Origin: a virus
Direction: 5' to 3' (one strand)
Length of the DNA: 64,000 nt
Virus record (IMG/VR): IMGVR_UViG_3300029319_000019
Coordinates: 16,340 to 80,339 of that record
Of this stretch, positions 29,501 through 37,846 are shown in pieces. How positions within the stretch are numbered: the first letter of the stretch is position 1; every line of letters begins with the position of its first letter. The notes beneath the pieces were generated by a model, which was not told the origin of the DNA, made no database searches, and saw nothing but the letters and a program-made list of their open reading frames with translations. The translations under genes were made by a program, and so were the position numbers.

Positions 29501-30895
29501 TCCCGCAGGAGTTGATGTTGCAGGGGTCGTGCTTGTTCCTATACCTTCTTCAAATACAGGTCCTAGTACTTGTAAAAATCTACCACTACCTGCTTCTAAC
29601 TGACCTGTAGTAGCATTACAAAATACACAGGCAGCATCTTCATTTGTAGTAACAGTATTATCGTAGTTAATTGCAGATGCAGTGTCTTTACATCCAAAAG
29701 AGCTATTTACAACATCTATATCCTCTAAGATATTAAATGTCATAATATCACTACAGGCCGTTCCAGTGTTAGAATCTGTTACTGTAATTTCATATGATCC
29801 TGGGAATAAACCACTAATAGTAAAAGGAGAGGAACTTATTCCTGAAGTTGTTGCTGTGCTGTAAGTTAATGTTGGGTTATCTAAAGATAAAGCTTCTACA
29901 GTCGCAGTAAAGTTTGCTGTACCACCTGTAACAGTAACAGTGATTGTACCATCAGCTGTATCTGTAGTTGCTGCAGTTGAATTTGATAAAGTTATTTCAA
30001 AATCATCACATCCAGTAGTATACTCACAACATCCTCCATCTACATTAACATAATCATTAAGCCTTTGTGAAGTAAGAGCAATGCCATCACAATCGTTAGC
30101 ATGCGTACCACCAGGTAAATCTGTACAAGGTAATGATTGACCAACACATCCTGTTAAGTAGTAGTTTGAGGCTGTAGGATCTAAACATACACTGTTTATA
30201 ATAAGATCCCTAGCCTGCATTTGATTAAATACAAAACCACCCACAACTGTTGGTTGATCTTTTCCTGTAACATTTGGAGTTGTAGTAAATAATAAACTAC
30301 TATTATTATCAAATCCTCCTCTAGGCTTACCTAAATTTTCAGAAGTAGACCCGCTGTTTGTATATTTTATGCTATTTAAAAACTGATTTTGTAAATCAGT
30401 AGATGCTACATATGCTGCATTGCCAGAACTTAAATAATAAAAATCTTTTTTACTACTTGTATCTAAATGTGGATTTGTAGATTCTGGAAATATTACTAAC
30501 TGTTTAAATACTGCTTTATCATAATATAAAGCATCTGTAATATTATATCCAGTTTTTGAGCCTTCTTCTATAGAAAATGTAAAAGACCTTTGTAAACTTG
30601 CATATGGAACTGGTAAAGCTTGTGCTTCTGTTAGTTCATTTAAAACAACTTGACTTGTATCCCCGTTTCTAAATACAATGTCAAATGTACCTGAACCGTT
30701 GTAAGTTAGTACTATTTCATTTGTTCCGTCTCTTAGAGATTGTCTAGTATCAGAAGTGATTACACTTAAACCCTTAAGAGTAGGTGTTATAGATACAATA
30801 GGATTCTCTGCATGAGAATTGAAAATAGCGTAGTTTACGCCAGCAGCATCTTTTAGATACTTATATGAATAAAATGTCTGTAATACCTTTGACAT
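26501..30895 (-). CDS. Large tail hub / appendage protein (1464 aa) with SprB-like Ig domains, GCTD Cys repeats and a CBM5/12-like module
   Basis: DGTITVTVTGGT...ISGLFPGSYEITVTDS (SprB-like), about 7 GCxD repeats, and a Cys-rich C-terminal hub-like segment. Position of tail hub B. No signal peptide. Confidence 0.65.
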   Translation of the reverse strand: MSKVLQTFYSYKYLKDAAGVNYAIFNSHAENPIVSITPTLKGLSVITSDTRQSLRDGTNEIVLTYNGSGTFDIVFRNGDTSQVVLNELTEAQALPVPYASLQRSFTFSIEEGSKTGYNITDALYYDKAVFKQLVIFPESTNPHLDTSSKKDFYYLSSGNAAYVASTDLQNQFLNSIKYTNSGSTSENLGKPRGGFDNNSSLLFTTTPNVTGKDQPTVVGGFVFNQMQARDLIINSVCLDPTASNYYLTGCVGQSLPCTDLPGGTHANDCDGIALTSQRLNDYVNVDGGCCEYTTGCDDFEITLSNSTAATTDTADGTITVTVTGGTANFTATVEALSLDNPTLTYSTATTSGISSSPFTISGLFPGSYEITVTDSNTGTACSDIMTFNILEDIDVVNSSFGCKDTASAINYDNTVTTNEDAACVFCNATTGQLEAGSGRFLQVLGPVFEEGIGTSTTPATSTPAGASLSDGTISFAGVNFASPYTVLPGPTPLIFNPASEFTTSNQAAPIDYKLYKINITQVTVQLAQLFIQGGADGLTYLTQDSTLITTVSGTGGAHTFTGLEDGRYFIAAVYDNDGTHDGDDEVEQCYTIFGEYSVGQGGCTNPSSPNFNPVATFDDGSCLPIDPDFDGCNDLNFEVEVTCETHPTLGDFPRISTVPLGISNPDIIDVLNAGGFIISNGPTAGQFLNFASGSNTWVYAQYLVNNYLCYPSFNPNEVIGIGNTFFSGNALQFTTLNTNGDPIQIGGNGNGHVLDLLHINTNLVMGDGTVITTFTFQAVHKVVNSANLTSSSTQLCSLIQNHGAPTGVNFSYNYGTNNVWEETVDVFVPFTPAQISTIEACCPVISTSGCTDPAAINFDPNAVIDDGSCVYDTDPTEDVLGCTDPTATNFNPLATIDDGSCLYGNNVTWVPDRCGTCVSEIGTAGLGFPTQAACEGYLQNNGGLDTDCCELEEYEATANASGGVQFSNVVDSTSTYNETTGLCDDNSTGSVTVNLPDATNLLANITNTAGVGYVWVLQHTTVDITYGSWFTGPVTSGDPILDVDSLSSFEVDTLTANETINITDLPGGAYQFAVAFFDDAFINANGNAELPYDTDADGDVALTSSCAHLVGMVTLAIEDCDNGNGTNIIHGCLDPSALNYLVNCAGASVPLANVDDGCCEFNDPPPPGGCPCLDGTFSLTCCPDNSICGCMDENAVNYNPAANYTDATCPCEYEYNGCLEDCDDVDTTIPACTPRGIANLLDYNAECIARSGHRFYTKHITGLGNNCSNMETWKMVIIQDLMSRQGLPCIYNCTDPATPSLAGAQVNCVDKWNNSGSQFWNPANVGSYALGTYVRRAFVPNPLGLAGVIYVAISNTGLHIDPFSNDPASGWRKCITFQIQNETENYLSNFLSFAKEYCKDCGIPAYRETGDSNTEVTGTFNIGGTIVTVNDSTFDDVSDVTELGGSLGADETEETGESSFEDLN

Positions 30896-30897
30896 AA

Positions 30898-31434
30898 TTA
30901 ACAGTTACACCCACAATGTCCTGCGCACATGTCTTGGGCTGTTAGATACTTTCTTTTTGCATTGTCGATAACAGCTTGAATTTGATCTATAGTACCTTCT
31001 TCAGATGAGGTAGCTAATTCATTTTCTGCTGTTTTTAGTAATAAAAATATTTTTTGTGCTTCAACAAAATGTGGTGAACATTTGTTACAATCGCAATCAC
31101 AGTCTAATAATTCGTTAATTTTATGGGCTATACAACACAAAACATCACACGCAAAAAGTATTCCTTTACGTGCAAAAACTTGTCCATCTACAATATGGTC
31201 AATAATAAACACACCATTACCACCGCCTACTTGACTTGCTAAAACAATTCTTGTATTATCTGGTCCTCCTGGAAATGTATAATTATAAGTTCCGTTAGGC
31301 CCTGTTACTAATATTTCATGTGTGGCTTGTGGATCAGGACTTGTAACTCTAATTATAACTTTATTACAATCCGCTGTTTGAGTTGTATTTATTGCCATAT
31401 TGTTGTTAGGTTTTATTATGGTGCCTAAGGCCAT
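30898..31434 (-). CDS. Tail hub protein A-like (Cys-rich)
   Basis: CC.......DCDCDC.KC, helical region and C-terminal CAGHCGCNC. Position after the auxiliary capsid genes. Confidence 0.6.
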   Translation of the reverse strand: MALGTIIKPNNNMAINTTQTADCNKVIIRVTSPDPQATHEILVTGPNGTYNYTFPGGPDNTRIVLASQVGGGNGVFIIDHIVDGQVFARKGILFACDVLCCIAHKINELLDCDCDCNKCSPHFVEAQKIFLLLKTAENELATSSEEGTIDQIQAVIDNAKRKYLTAQDMCAGHCGCNC

Positions 31435-31450
31435 TGTTTAAATTTTTGTA

Positions 31451-31490
31451 AAAAAAGACCTACAGGGGAAACTAGTCCCCTGTGAGTCTT
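31451..31490 (-). terminator. Intrinsic terminator
   Basis: Minus strand ACAGGGGA-ctagtt-TCCCCTGT hairpin followed by a T-run, downstream of 31504..32007. Confidence 0.75.
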
Positions 31491-31503
31491 ATATGTTAAG
31501 AGA

Positions 31504-32007
31504 TTATGCTATATCTCCAGTTTGTACGTACTCTACGAACAAAGTAATTTTACCAGCATCAATGTTGTGGTCATTGTTAAGAGTTAACAATAATTCAACA
31601 TCTGCGGCAGTATACAATAAAGTAGCGTCTCTTGCTATACCCATGTTAAGCTGTGTTAGAGCGTTTCCATCTAAAGCATAGTTGTCTACTAAAGTCATAC
31701 CAATACCTGCTGAATACTGAACTGTGTTACATGCAACTGCTGCAATGAAAGCTCCTGTAGCTCCAGTATAACCTAAAGCTAGAGTTGTTGAGTTATCATC
31801 ATCATCAGTTAATGCTGTTTCACAGTATGTATAAGCACGAAGAATTAAAGATCCTTCAGGAATGATAATACTTTTACCTGCTACATAACCGTTATCGCTG
31901 TTAGTACTTGTGCTTGGAGCATAAGATTTGTTAGTTGCTAAAGTACCGCTAACCCCTATATCCCAAACTGCTTTAACCATTGTAGGTGCATAAATGTTAT
32001 TTGCCAT
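31504..32007 (-). CDS. Probable capsid decoration / auxiliary structural protein
   Basis: IPEGSLILRAY...AGKITLFVEY jelly-roll pattern. Co-transcribed with the auxiliary capsid gene. Confidence 0.5.
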   Translation of the reverse strand: MANNIYAPTMVKAVWDIGVSGTLATNKSYAPSTSTNSDNGYVAGKSIIIPEGSLILRAYTYCETALTDDDDNSTTLALGYTGATGAFIAAVACNTVQYSAGIGMTLVDNYALDGNALTQLNMGIARDATLLYTAADVELLLTLNNDHNIDAGKITLFVEYVQTGDIA

Positions 32008-32033
32008 TTTTTTAAAGTTTTAAAAGATTAATA

Positions 32034-32975
32034 TTATAAGTTAACGTTTGCAAATCCAGCTGAGAATAAGTAAGGATTAAGTTGTCCTTCTAAAGCTGAA
32101 GTTAAAGCTGCTGTTCCATTATCAAACGCAATGTAAATTTCAATTAAGTTATCTACACCGTGAATTTGAGAAGCTGAAGATCCGTCTTTAGTAGCTACAA
32201 TGTGGTAAACATCATAAGAGTCACCAGTTACAGTACTTTGAGTTGGAGTGTTAGGAAGTTCAACACGGTTATAAAAACCATACTGAGAACCTCTTAATTC
32301 TTCTTCCATCTCTTTAATGTAAAATCCATCACCTGCACCTCTATCTCCAGCAGTTTGATAAGTTACAGTATCTGCTGTTGTGTTAGCTGCAGGAACTGTT
32401 TCAAATACTATGTCCATGTGTACCAATTCATTTTGAACTGATCCGTCAGCTTTAACTTCACCTTTTTTGAAACCAGTAAAATCAATACTAGTACCATTGT
32501 TAGTAATACTACTTACCCAGTGAGGTAAATCAGCGTTAATAGCTGTTGTAAAAGCTGTACACTGCTCAGTTGGAGTGTTTGTACCAGCTGGATCAACGTC
32601 AATCTCATAACTCTTAAACTCAAATGGTGCCTCACCATTAGTTAAGTTAATTACTTTAATTGTGTGCTGTCCTACAGCTGCAGCGTTACCAGCTAAAGCG
32701 ATTCTACAAACCTCTGCAGTTTGAGCTGCGTGAGACTTACCGCCCCATGCTATAACATCTCTTCCGTAGATCCAAGGAGATACGATGTTTACATCAATCC
32801 CAGAGGGACCTCCTTGTACAATTCTAATTTGATCAGAATCTGCTATAGTATCATTCGGTAACAATGAAGTTGGTCCGTCAGAAGATAATTTTTGAACATC
32901 TATTGCTCCGTCTGCCAATAATCCATTAGTGTAAGATACTGCAACAGCATTTCCAATATACAAATGTCTTGCCAT
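32034..32975 (-). CDS. Auxiliary capsid protein (crAss001 gp36-like)
   Basis: G.G..IKEMEE...G..G.YNR and YD.Y.I motifs. Synteny after the ring gene. Confidence 0.65.
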   Translation of the reverse strand: MARHLYIGNAVAVSYTNGLLADGAIDVQKLSSDGPTSLLPNDTIADSDQIRIVQGGPSGIDVNIVSPWIYGRDVIAWGGKSHAAQTAEVCRIALAGNAAAVGQHTIKVINLTNGEAPFEFKSYEIDVDPAGTNTPTEQCTAFTTAINADLPHWVSSITNNGTSIDFTGFKKGEVKADGSVQNELVHMDIVFETVPAANTTADTVTYQTAGDRGAGDGFYIKEMEEELRGSQYGFYNRVELPNTPTQSTVTGDSYDVYHIVATKDGSSASQIHGVDNLIEIYIAFDNGTAALTSALEGQLNPYLFSAGFANVNL

Positions 32976-33014
32976 TTTTCTAAAATTTATGCGGCATTAT
33001 GCCGCTATTAATAA

Positions 33015-34178
33015 TTATTCATTCTTTGTCACTTCTCCAAGCGCTGTTCTATATCGCGGATCAGAGATAGCTTCTAAAATACTACTCACTGTCATAGCAA
33101 CAATCTCTTGATGAGTGTGCTCTGGCAGTTCGCAATCAATCCCCAAAGATAAGGATATTTCTTTCGGCTTTCTTATGTACGTTATTTTTAAGGTATCTAT
33201 TATAAATATATCACTAGTGTATACATCTATAGACCTTCCTCTAATTGTTGTCAATGGAGAGGTATGTTTTGTTGTATTAAACGGGTCACTTAAAAGCGCA
33301 AATATGTCGTCTTGTTGAGAGAATCTGTTTCCCTCTTGTATTCTCGCTGAGTACTCTATTGGCTCTCTTCTTTCAGCATATGTTATATCCACAACCTGTG
33401 CTGCCTGTGCTGTAGGTGCTGTAGCTGTTGCTATAGGAGTTCCTACTATGTGACTAACACTTCCTGCGGATAAATCAAAGTTAAACCAGTCATGTTGATC
33501 TGTATCTACTACAACAATAAACTGGCCTGGAAAATTTAATGTTTCATACTCTTCCCAGTATATTTCAAACCCAGGTCCTGGGTGGTCTAATATATCCTGT
33601 ATAACTGCTTGCACATTTGCAGGATAACTTTCTGGTGTCCATCCTGTAGCTACAAAATCTGATGATGGATTCCATACTACAGCAGATGTAGGATCAACTC
33701 CTGTAGTATCAGCAACCATATCTATAGCAGTAATAAATGCTGTAGAGTCATTAGCTGCATTATTCAATACAAAATTATTTAAGTCTAGTGTAAAGAATGA
33801 TACTGCTGGGGGATTAACTAATTCAAAACTTATAGGTTTACAATTATTAATCCATATTTTAGACATTTGATTTACTAGATACATATAATCTACAGGTAGT
33901 TGAAATGTATCTACAAATATTTTTGGTTTTAACTGCTCCTTAAATGTTACAGGAGCTTCATACTCACGCACAAGTGTACGTAAATCATCTATTCTTTTTT
34001 GTGATTCTTCAAAACCTTTTCTGTACATGTTATTTCTACCGTACTTGGTGTTGATGAATCTAAACATGTTTTTGTTTAATTCAATATCTATCTCTTCAGA
34101 TAATAAACTGTCAGCTTGGAGTGAATTAATCTTATCCACTCCTTGCTGTACAGCTATATGCATTTCAGTTACATTCAT
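33015..34178 (-). CDS. Tail ring protein (R3/R4-type, crAss gene 74-like) with central insertion
   Basis: EMH....DK......EEID..LN...GFEESQKRIDDLRTLV and YIRKP....DCELPEHTHQEIV motifs. Confidence 0.8.
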   Translation of the reverse strand: MNVTEMHIAVQQGVDKINSLQADSLLSEEIDIELNKNMFRFINTKYGRNNMYRKGFEESQKRIDDLRTLVREYEAPVTFKEQLKPKIFVDTFQLPVDYMYLVNQMSKIWINNCKPISFELVNPPAVSFFTLDLNNFVLNNAANDSTAFITAIDMVADTTGVDPTSAVVWNPSSDFVATGWTPESYPANVQAVIQDILDHPGPGFEIYWEEYETLNFPGQFIVVVDTDQHDWFNFDLSAGSVSHIVGTPIATATAPTAQAAQVVDITYAERREPIEYSARIQEGNRFSQQDDIFALLSDPFNTTKHTSPLTTIRGRSIDVYTSDIFIIDTLKITYIRKPKEISLSLGIDCELPEHTHQEIVAMTVSSILEAISDPRYRTALGEVTKNE

Positions 34179-34987
34179 TAAGATGCTAATGTTTTAAGTT
34201 TTGCTCTTAAAGTAGTTAATTTTCCTGAGTTCTTTTTGTCATTCAGGTGTATAACAGTGTCATCTAATGTTTCTCCTAATACCTCATCAATAAAGATAAC
34301 TTGGTTACCTATCTTTCTTAGTACTCCTGCAGATACCATTGTCTCGATTTCTGCTTTTAGTTCTAAGTGTTTATCTTGAGATACTTTGATAAACTTCTTA
34401 GGTTCTTTCTCCTTAATGTCATAGAGTAAGTTTTCTACTTGTTCTCTAGTCAATGTTTTAGGATCAATGTTTCCTAATAATCTAAACACTCTTCTCATTT
34501 GATTTTCATCATTAGATACTTTGATAAATGCTTTGTCAGCATCTTTCTTAATCTGAATATCATTATTACGTTGAAGATCCTTCTTAGCTAAATCTTGAAT
34601 ATAGAAACGTTTTTGTGAACTTGCGTTCATTTCTTTTTCTGATAAAGCTACATGTGGATGTCTCAATGCAAAATTATATTTGATAAAATCAGTAATATCA
34701 ATAGGTTCACCGTCTTCAGTTTTACCTACTTCTAGTTCTACACCTTCAAAGCCTACTGGGATTGTAAATTCAGCCCAGAATGTTTTGGTGTGTTTAGGCC
34801 ACTCCATATGTGAAGGGTCTACATCTAACATACCAGCTAAATATTTCTTTTCATCTTCTGGATCAAAAGCTTTTAGTGGTTGTCTGTTTACATATACGCT
34901 ACTTAGTTTTCTAATAGCGCTAGCGTTAATTTCCTTGGGTAAGTGATTATTAATCTGCTTAGCCCTTAAATAAACTTTCTTGCTCAT
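34178..34987 (-). CDS. Conserved crassvirus protein downstream of MCP (gene 75-like)
   Basis: FW...IPV..EG..LE.G...PI.I.D.IKY.F...HP.VA motif and canonical position. Confidence 0.75.
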   Translation of the reverse strand: MSKKVYLRAKQINNHLPKEINASAIRKLSSVYVNRQPLKAFDPEDEKKYLAGMLDVDPSHMEWPKHTKTFWAEFTIPVGFEGVELEVGKTEDGEPIDITDFIKYNFALRHPHVALSEKEMNASSQKRFYIQDLAKKDLQRNNDIQIKKDADKAFIKVSNDENQMRRVFRLLGNIDPKTLTREQVENLLYDIKEKEPKKFIKVSQDKHLELKAEIETMVSAGVLRKIGNQVIFIDEVLGETLDDTVIHLNDKKNSGKLTTLRAKLKTLAS

Positions 34988-35051
34988 AATATAGTACTTT
35001 TAAAGTTTTAATAGTGGATGTAAAGTATAACTCCCCAATATCTTAAAGTAA

Positions 35052-35082
35052 GGAAGCGGGGGCACTAAGCCCCCACGACCTC
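35052..35082 (-). terminator. GC hairpin after MCP (terminator or attenuator)
   Basis: GGGGGC-ttagt-GCCCCC on the minus strand, weak U-tract. Confidence 0.5.
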
Positions 35083-35131
35083 AACCAAAAACCAATATAT
35101 AGACTTGCGAATGCACGCTTCTTTAGTCTCT

Positions 35132-36580
35132 TTATGAAGCAGTACACGTAATGTCTAAAGACGTATCAAATCTACGTAAGCAGATACCTGCAGTCTTTAA
35201 CATGTGTACGCTCGCACCGTCAACATCTGACGCTCTAGTATCAGTAGCCGCGAATCCTCGTGGAACTACAGAACCAGCAACGCACCAACGCATCATCTCA
35301 CGACCTTTCTTAGAGATCATTGTAAGGTTAGCTTGTCCGTCATAGTTAGACTGGTCAACAAATACCATACGGTAAGACTCTAATGAGTAACCAGTAACTG
35401 GGTGCTTTTCACGAGCTTGTGCAACAGGACCATGATCAAATAATGGAATCTTAACCACATTGATCACATGACCATCTACGTGCTCGTAAGTAGTGAAGTA
35501 ACCAGTTAATCCTAAGTTACGTCCGCTACCTGTGATGAATCTGTTCTCACCACCTACTTTGAAAGTATTAGATGCGAAGTGATTTTTAAGAGCTTCATCA
35601 AACTCTCTTGCTCCACCAGTACCAGTAAATAATGTTACTTGCTTCTGGTTTGCATCCGTCATTTGGTAGAATAAATCACCAATGATGTTCTTCAACTTAG
35701 TTTCAGTCATAGTTGAATAAGTATCAGTGTTTACGATTTGCTCGAATAAACCTGGGCCTACAATTACAGGCTGTCCATTCTCATCCTTCATAAACGTGTT
35801 ACCGTTTGAATCATAAGTTTTTTGTCCATACCAGTAGTACATCTCACACTCTTCTTTAAAGTCAAGCATGTGGTTGTACTCTTCATAGTCCATCCAAAGG
35901 TTAGTAGTACCACCACCTTTAGTTGGTAAAGTAAAGTTCGCTACGTAATCTTTAGCATGTCCTGACATGTGGTAAGATTTACGAACTGTAGTAATTTTGT
36001 TACGAACTTTTCCTGGAGCTTGCCAGTTAGAAGCGTTACCTCTTGAGAAGTCAACTCCTACTGGTGCATACAATTGAGCCCAAAGATCACCTGCAGTAAA
36101 ACCTGAAGTTAATACTGTAGCTGCTGCTGGGTTTACTAATTGTAATGTATACTCCCATCCTGAACCTGCCGCATAAGGTGTAGGTTCTTTCATGATACGA
36201 GCTAGTTCACCTTTGTTGTTTACTAACACGTATGGAAATACGAATCGTTTGTCAGGGAAAACCAATGTAAAAGTTGATCCTCCTTGTCCTAAGTTTGCTC
36301 CTGCATTAGTCACAGCCACTGGACGCGTTCTCAATTTGTGAGTAGCCACACGATATTCGTACTCTAAACGGTCAATTGATTGAACGTTTCCAGCTCCTTC
36401 AGTTAAGAAAGATAGTGGAAAACGCTTATCATCTTTGCCCGCTAGGTGCGTAATAATCGGAGATAGTTCAGTTGGCTTAGACAGTAATGCATTAGCTAGA
36501 CTGTTCATGTCTGTCATTTGCGAATCATTATAAAACGTCTTGTGTACGCTAATGTTCGTTCCGGTCATTTGTCCTGCCAT
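35132..36580 (-). CDS. Major capsid protein (HK97 fold, crassvirus type), 482 aa
   Basis: FPLSFLTEG, G.GLFEQI, TGTGGAREFD.A, LTGYFTTYEHVDGH, P.FD.G..A....HP.TG..LES motifs. Strong high-expression codon bias. Confidence 0.92.
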   Translation of the reverse strand: MAGQMTGTNISVHKTFYNDSQMTDMNSLANALLSKPTELSPIITHLAGKDDKRFPLSFLTEGAGNVQSIDRLEYEYRVATHKLRTRPVAVTNAGANLGQGGSTFTLVFPDKRFVFPYVLVNNKGELARIMKEPTPYAAGSGWEYTLQLVNPAAATVLTSGFTAGDLWAQLYAPVGVDFSRGNASNWQAPGKVRNKITTVRKSYHMSGHAKDYVANFTLPTKGGGTTNLWMDYEEYNHMLDFKEECEMYYWYGQKTYDSNGNTFMKDENGQPVIVGPGLFEQIVNTDTYSTMTETKLKNIIGDLFYQMTDANQKQVTLFTGTGGAREFDEALKNHFASNTFKVGGENRFITGSGRNLGLTGYFTTYEHVDGHVINVVKIPLFDHGPVAQAREKHPVTGYSLESYRMVFVDQSNYDGQANLTMISKKGREMMRWCVAGSVVPRGFAATDTRASDVDGASVHMLKTAGICLRRFDTSLDITCTAS

Positions 36581-36626
36581 TATTATCTAATTTATAAAGT
36601 TAAGTTTTGCATTTTAAAATTGCCAT

Positions 36627-37754
36627 TTATATGTTAAGATCTAAATCATCCAAGTCTACTTGTTTACTCTTACGTCTTTGACGTCCTCGTGCACTTTTAA
36701 CTCTTTCTTCATTTCTGGATATTCTATCTCTTAATGATTTAGCATTTGATGTTCTAGCTTTTGTTTCTACCAATTTTGATAAATCAAAACCTTTGAACAT
36801 TAAATAATCAATCGCGAGTTTAGTCTCCATCTCTGCTTCAGAATGATCTAAGTCTCGTTGTGTGCGACCATCGTTAGTCACAGGGTTTGAGATATAATCA
36901 AAAAACTTTGACTTCTCTCTCTTTGGAATAGAGATACCTGCAAAATCATCAGTACTATCGATGGCTTCATACACACCATTCCAAAATTCTTCTTGCTGTT
37001 CTTCTTGTTGAGCTCTTTGTTGTTTTTGCTGTTCAACCAATTGACTTCTTGATTGTTCTTGCATCTTACCTAAAGCTACTCTAGCAGATTCAGCTTTCTG
37101 GTATAATTTACCAGTATCTTCATAATCAGTCAGTAGCTCATTTATAAAATTCTGATCGTGTCCTTTTGTTGCAAAGTAATCAGATAAAATAGCTTTTTGA
37201 CTTCTTATGTCATCTTCTTCAAAACTAACTTGGTTATAATCTAGTTGCGGATCATATGCCTGCATAAAATCTCTAGATTCCCCTCCGTTAAGAACGTATT
37301 CTAGATGTTTTTGTACTAGTGGAAAGTTCTCAAACAAATTATTTAGTTGATCTTCCGCTATCTGTTGTCCAACATCTTGTGTCATTGCTAAAAGACCTTC
37401 TTCAGTATCATCATACTCTTCTTCAGTCTCAAAGCCTAGTTTATCTAGTATTGAAGAAACTACTGTAGAAGTAACAGCTTCTCTGTCATCTTCTTCTTCA
37501 TCGTCATCTTCATACTCTTCGTCTTCTTCGTAGTCCTCATCCTCTTCATATTCTTCCTCTTCTTCTTCTTCAACTTCTTCTACGTCTTCAGACTCTTCTA
37601 ATTCTTCTGCATCCGCATCTAACTCTTCAGCTTCTGCGCTTGGGGTTTCAACTGCTAAATCTTCAGCAACTTCACCTCCTGGATTTCCTCCATCTAAAAC
37701 ATCGTCAAATGAAATATCATCCAAACCGATGCCTTCTTCTTCTGGTTCTATCAT
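36627..37754 (-). CDS. Acidic scaffold-like protein upstream of MCP (crAss gene 77-like)
   Basis: Very D/E-rich N-terminus, coiled coils and canonical position. Confidence 0.7.
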   Translation of the reverse strand: MIEPEEEGIGLDDISFDDVLDGGNPGGEVAEDLAVETPSAEAEELDADAEELEESEDVEEVEEEEEEEYEEDEDYEEDEEYEDDDEEEDDREAVTSTVVSSILDKLGFETEEEYDDTEEGLLAMTQDVGQQIAEDQLNNLFENFPLVQKHLEYVLNGGESRDFMQAYDPQLDYNQVSFEEDDIRSQKAILSDYFATKGHDQNFINELLTDYEDTGKLYQKAESARVALGKMQEQSRSQLVEQQKQQRAQQEEQQEEFWNGVYEAIDSTDDFAGISIPKREKSKFFDYISNPVTNDGRTQRDLDHSEAEMETKLAIDYLMFKGFDLSKLVETKARTSNAKSLRDRISRNEERVKSARGRQRRKSKQVDLDDLDLNI

Positions 37755-37775
37755 AATCTATATATTAATTTTTTA

Positions 37776-37783
37776 CAAAAATA
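37776..37783 (-). promoter_or_regulatory. Bacteroidota sigma-70 -7 box (TATTTTTG) upstream of scaffold/MCP
   Basis: Exact TAnnTTTG, 21 nt upstream of the ATG at 37754. Confidence 0.6.
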
Positions 37784-37846
37784 GTTAAATATGTGTGTAT
37801 TGGTACACTCACATATGTTTTTGGATATGTCTTTATTATATATCAC

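Noticed and set aside
37480-37640. TCTTC-rich low-complexity tract as a microsatellite or regulatory repeat
   Set aside because: It simply encodes the Glu/Asp-rich region of the scaffold-like protein.
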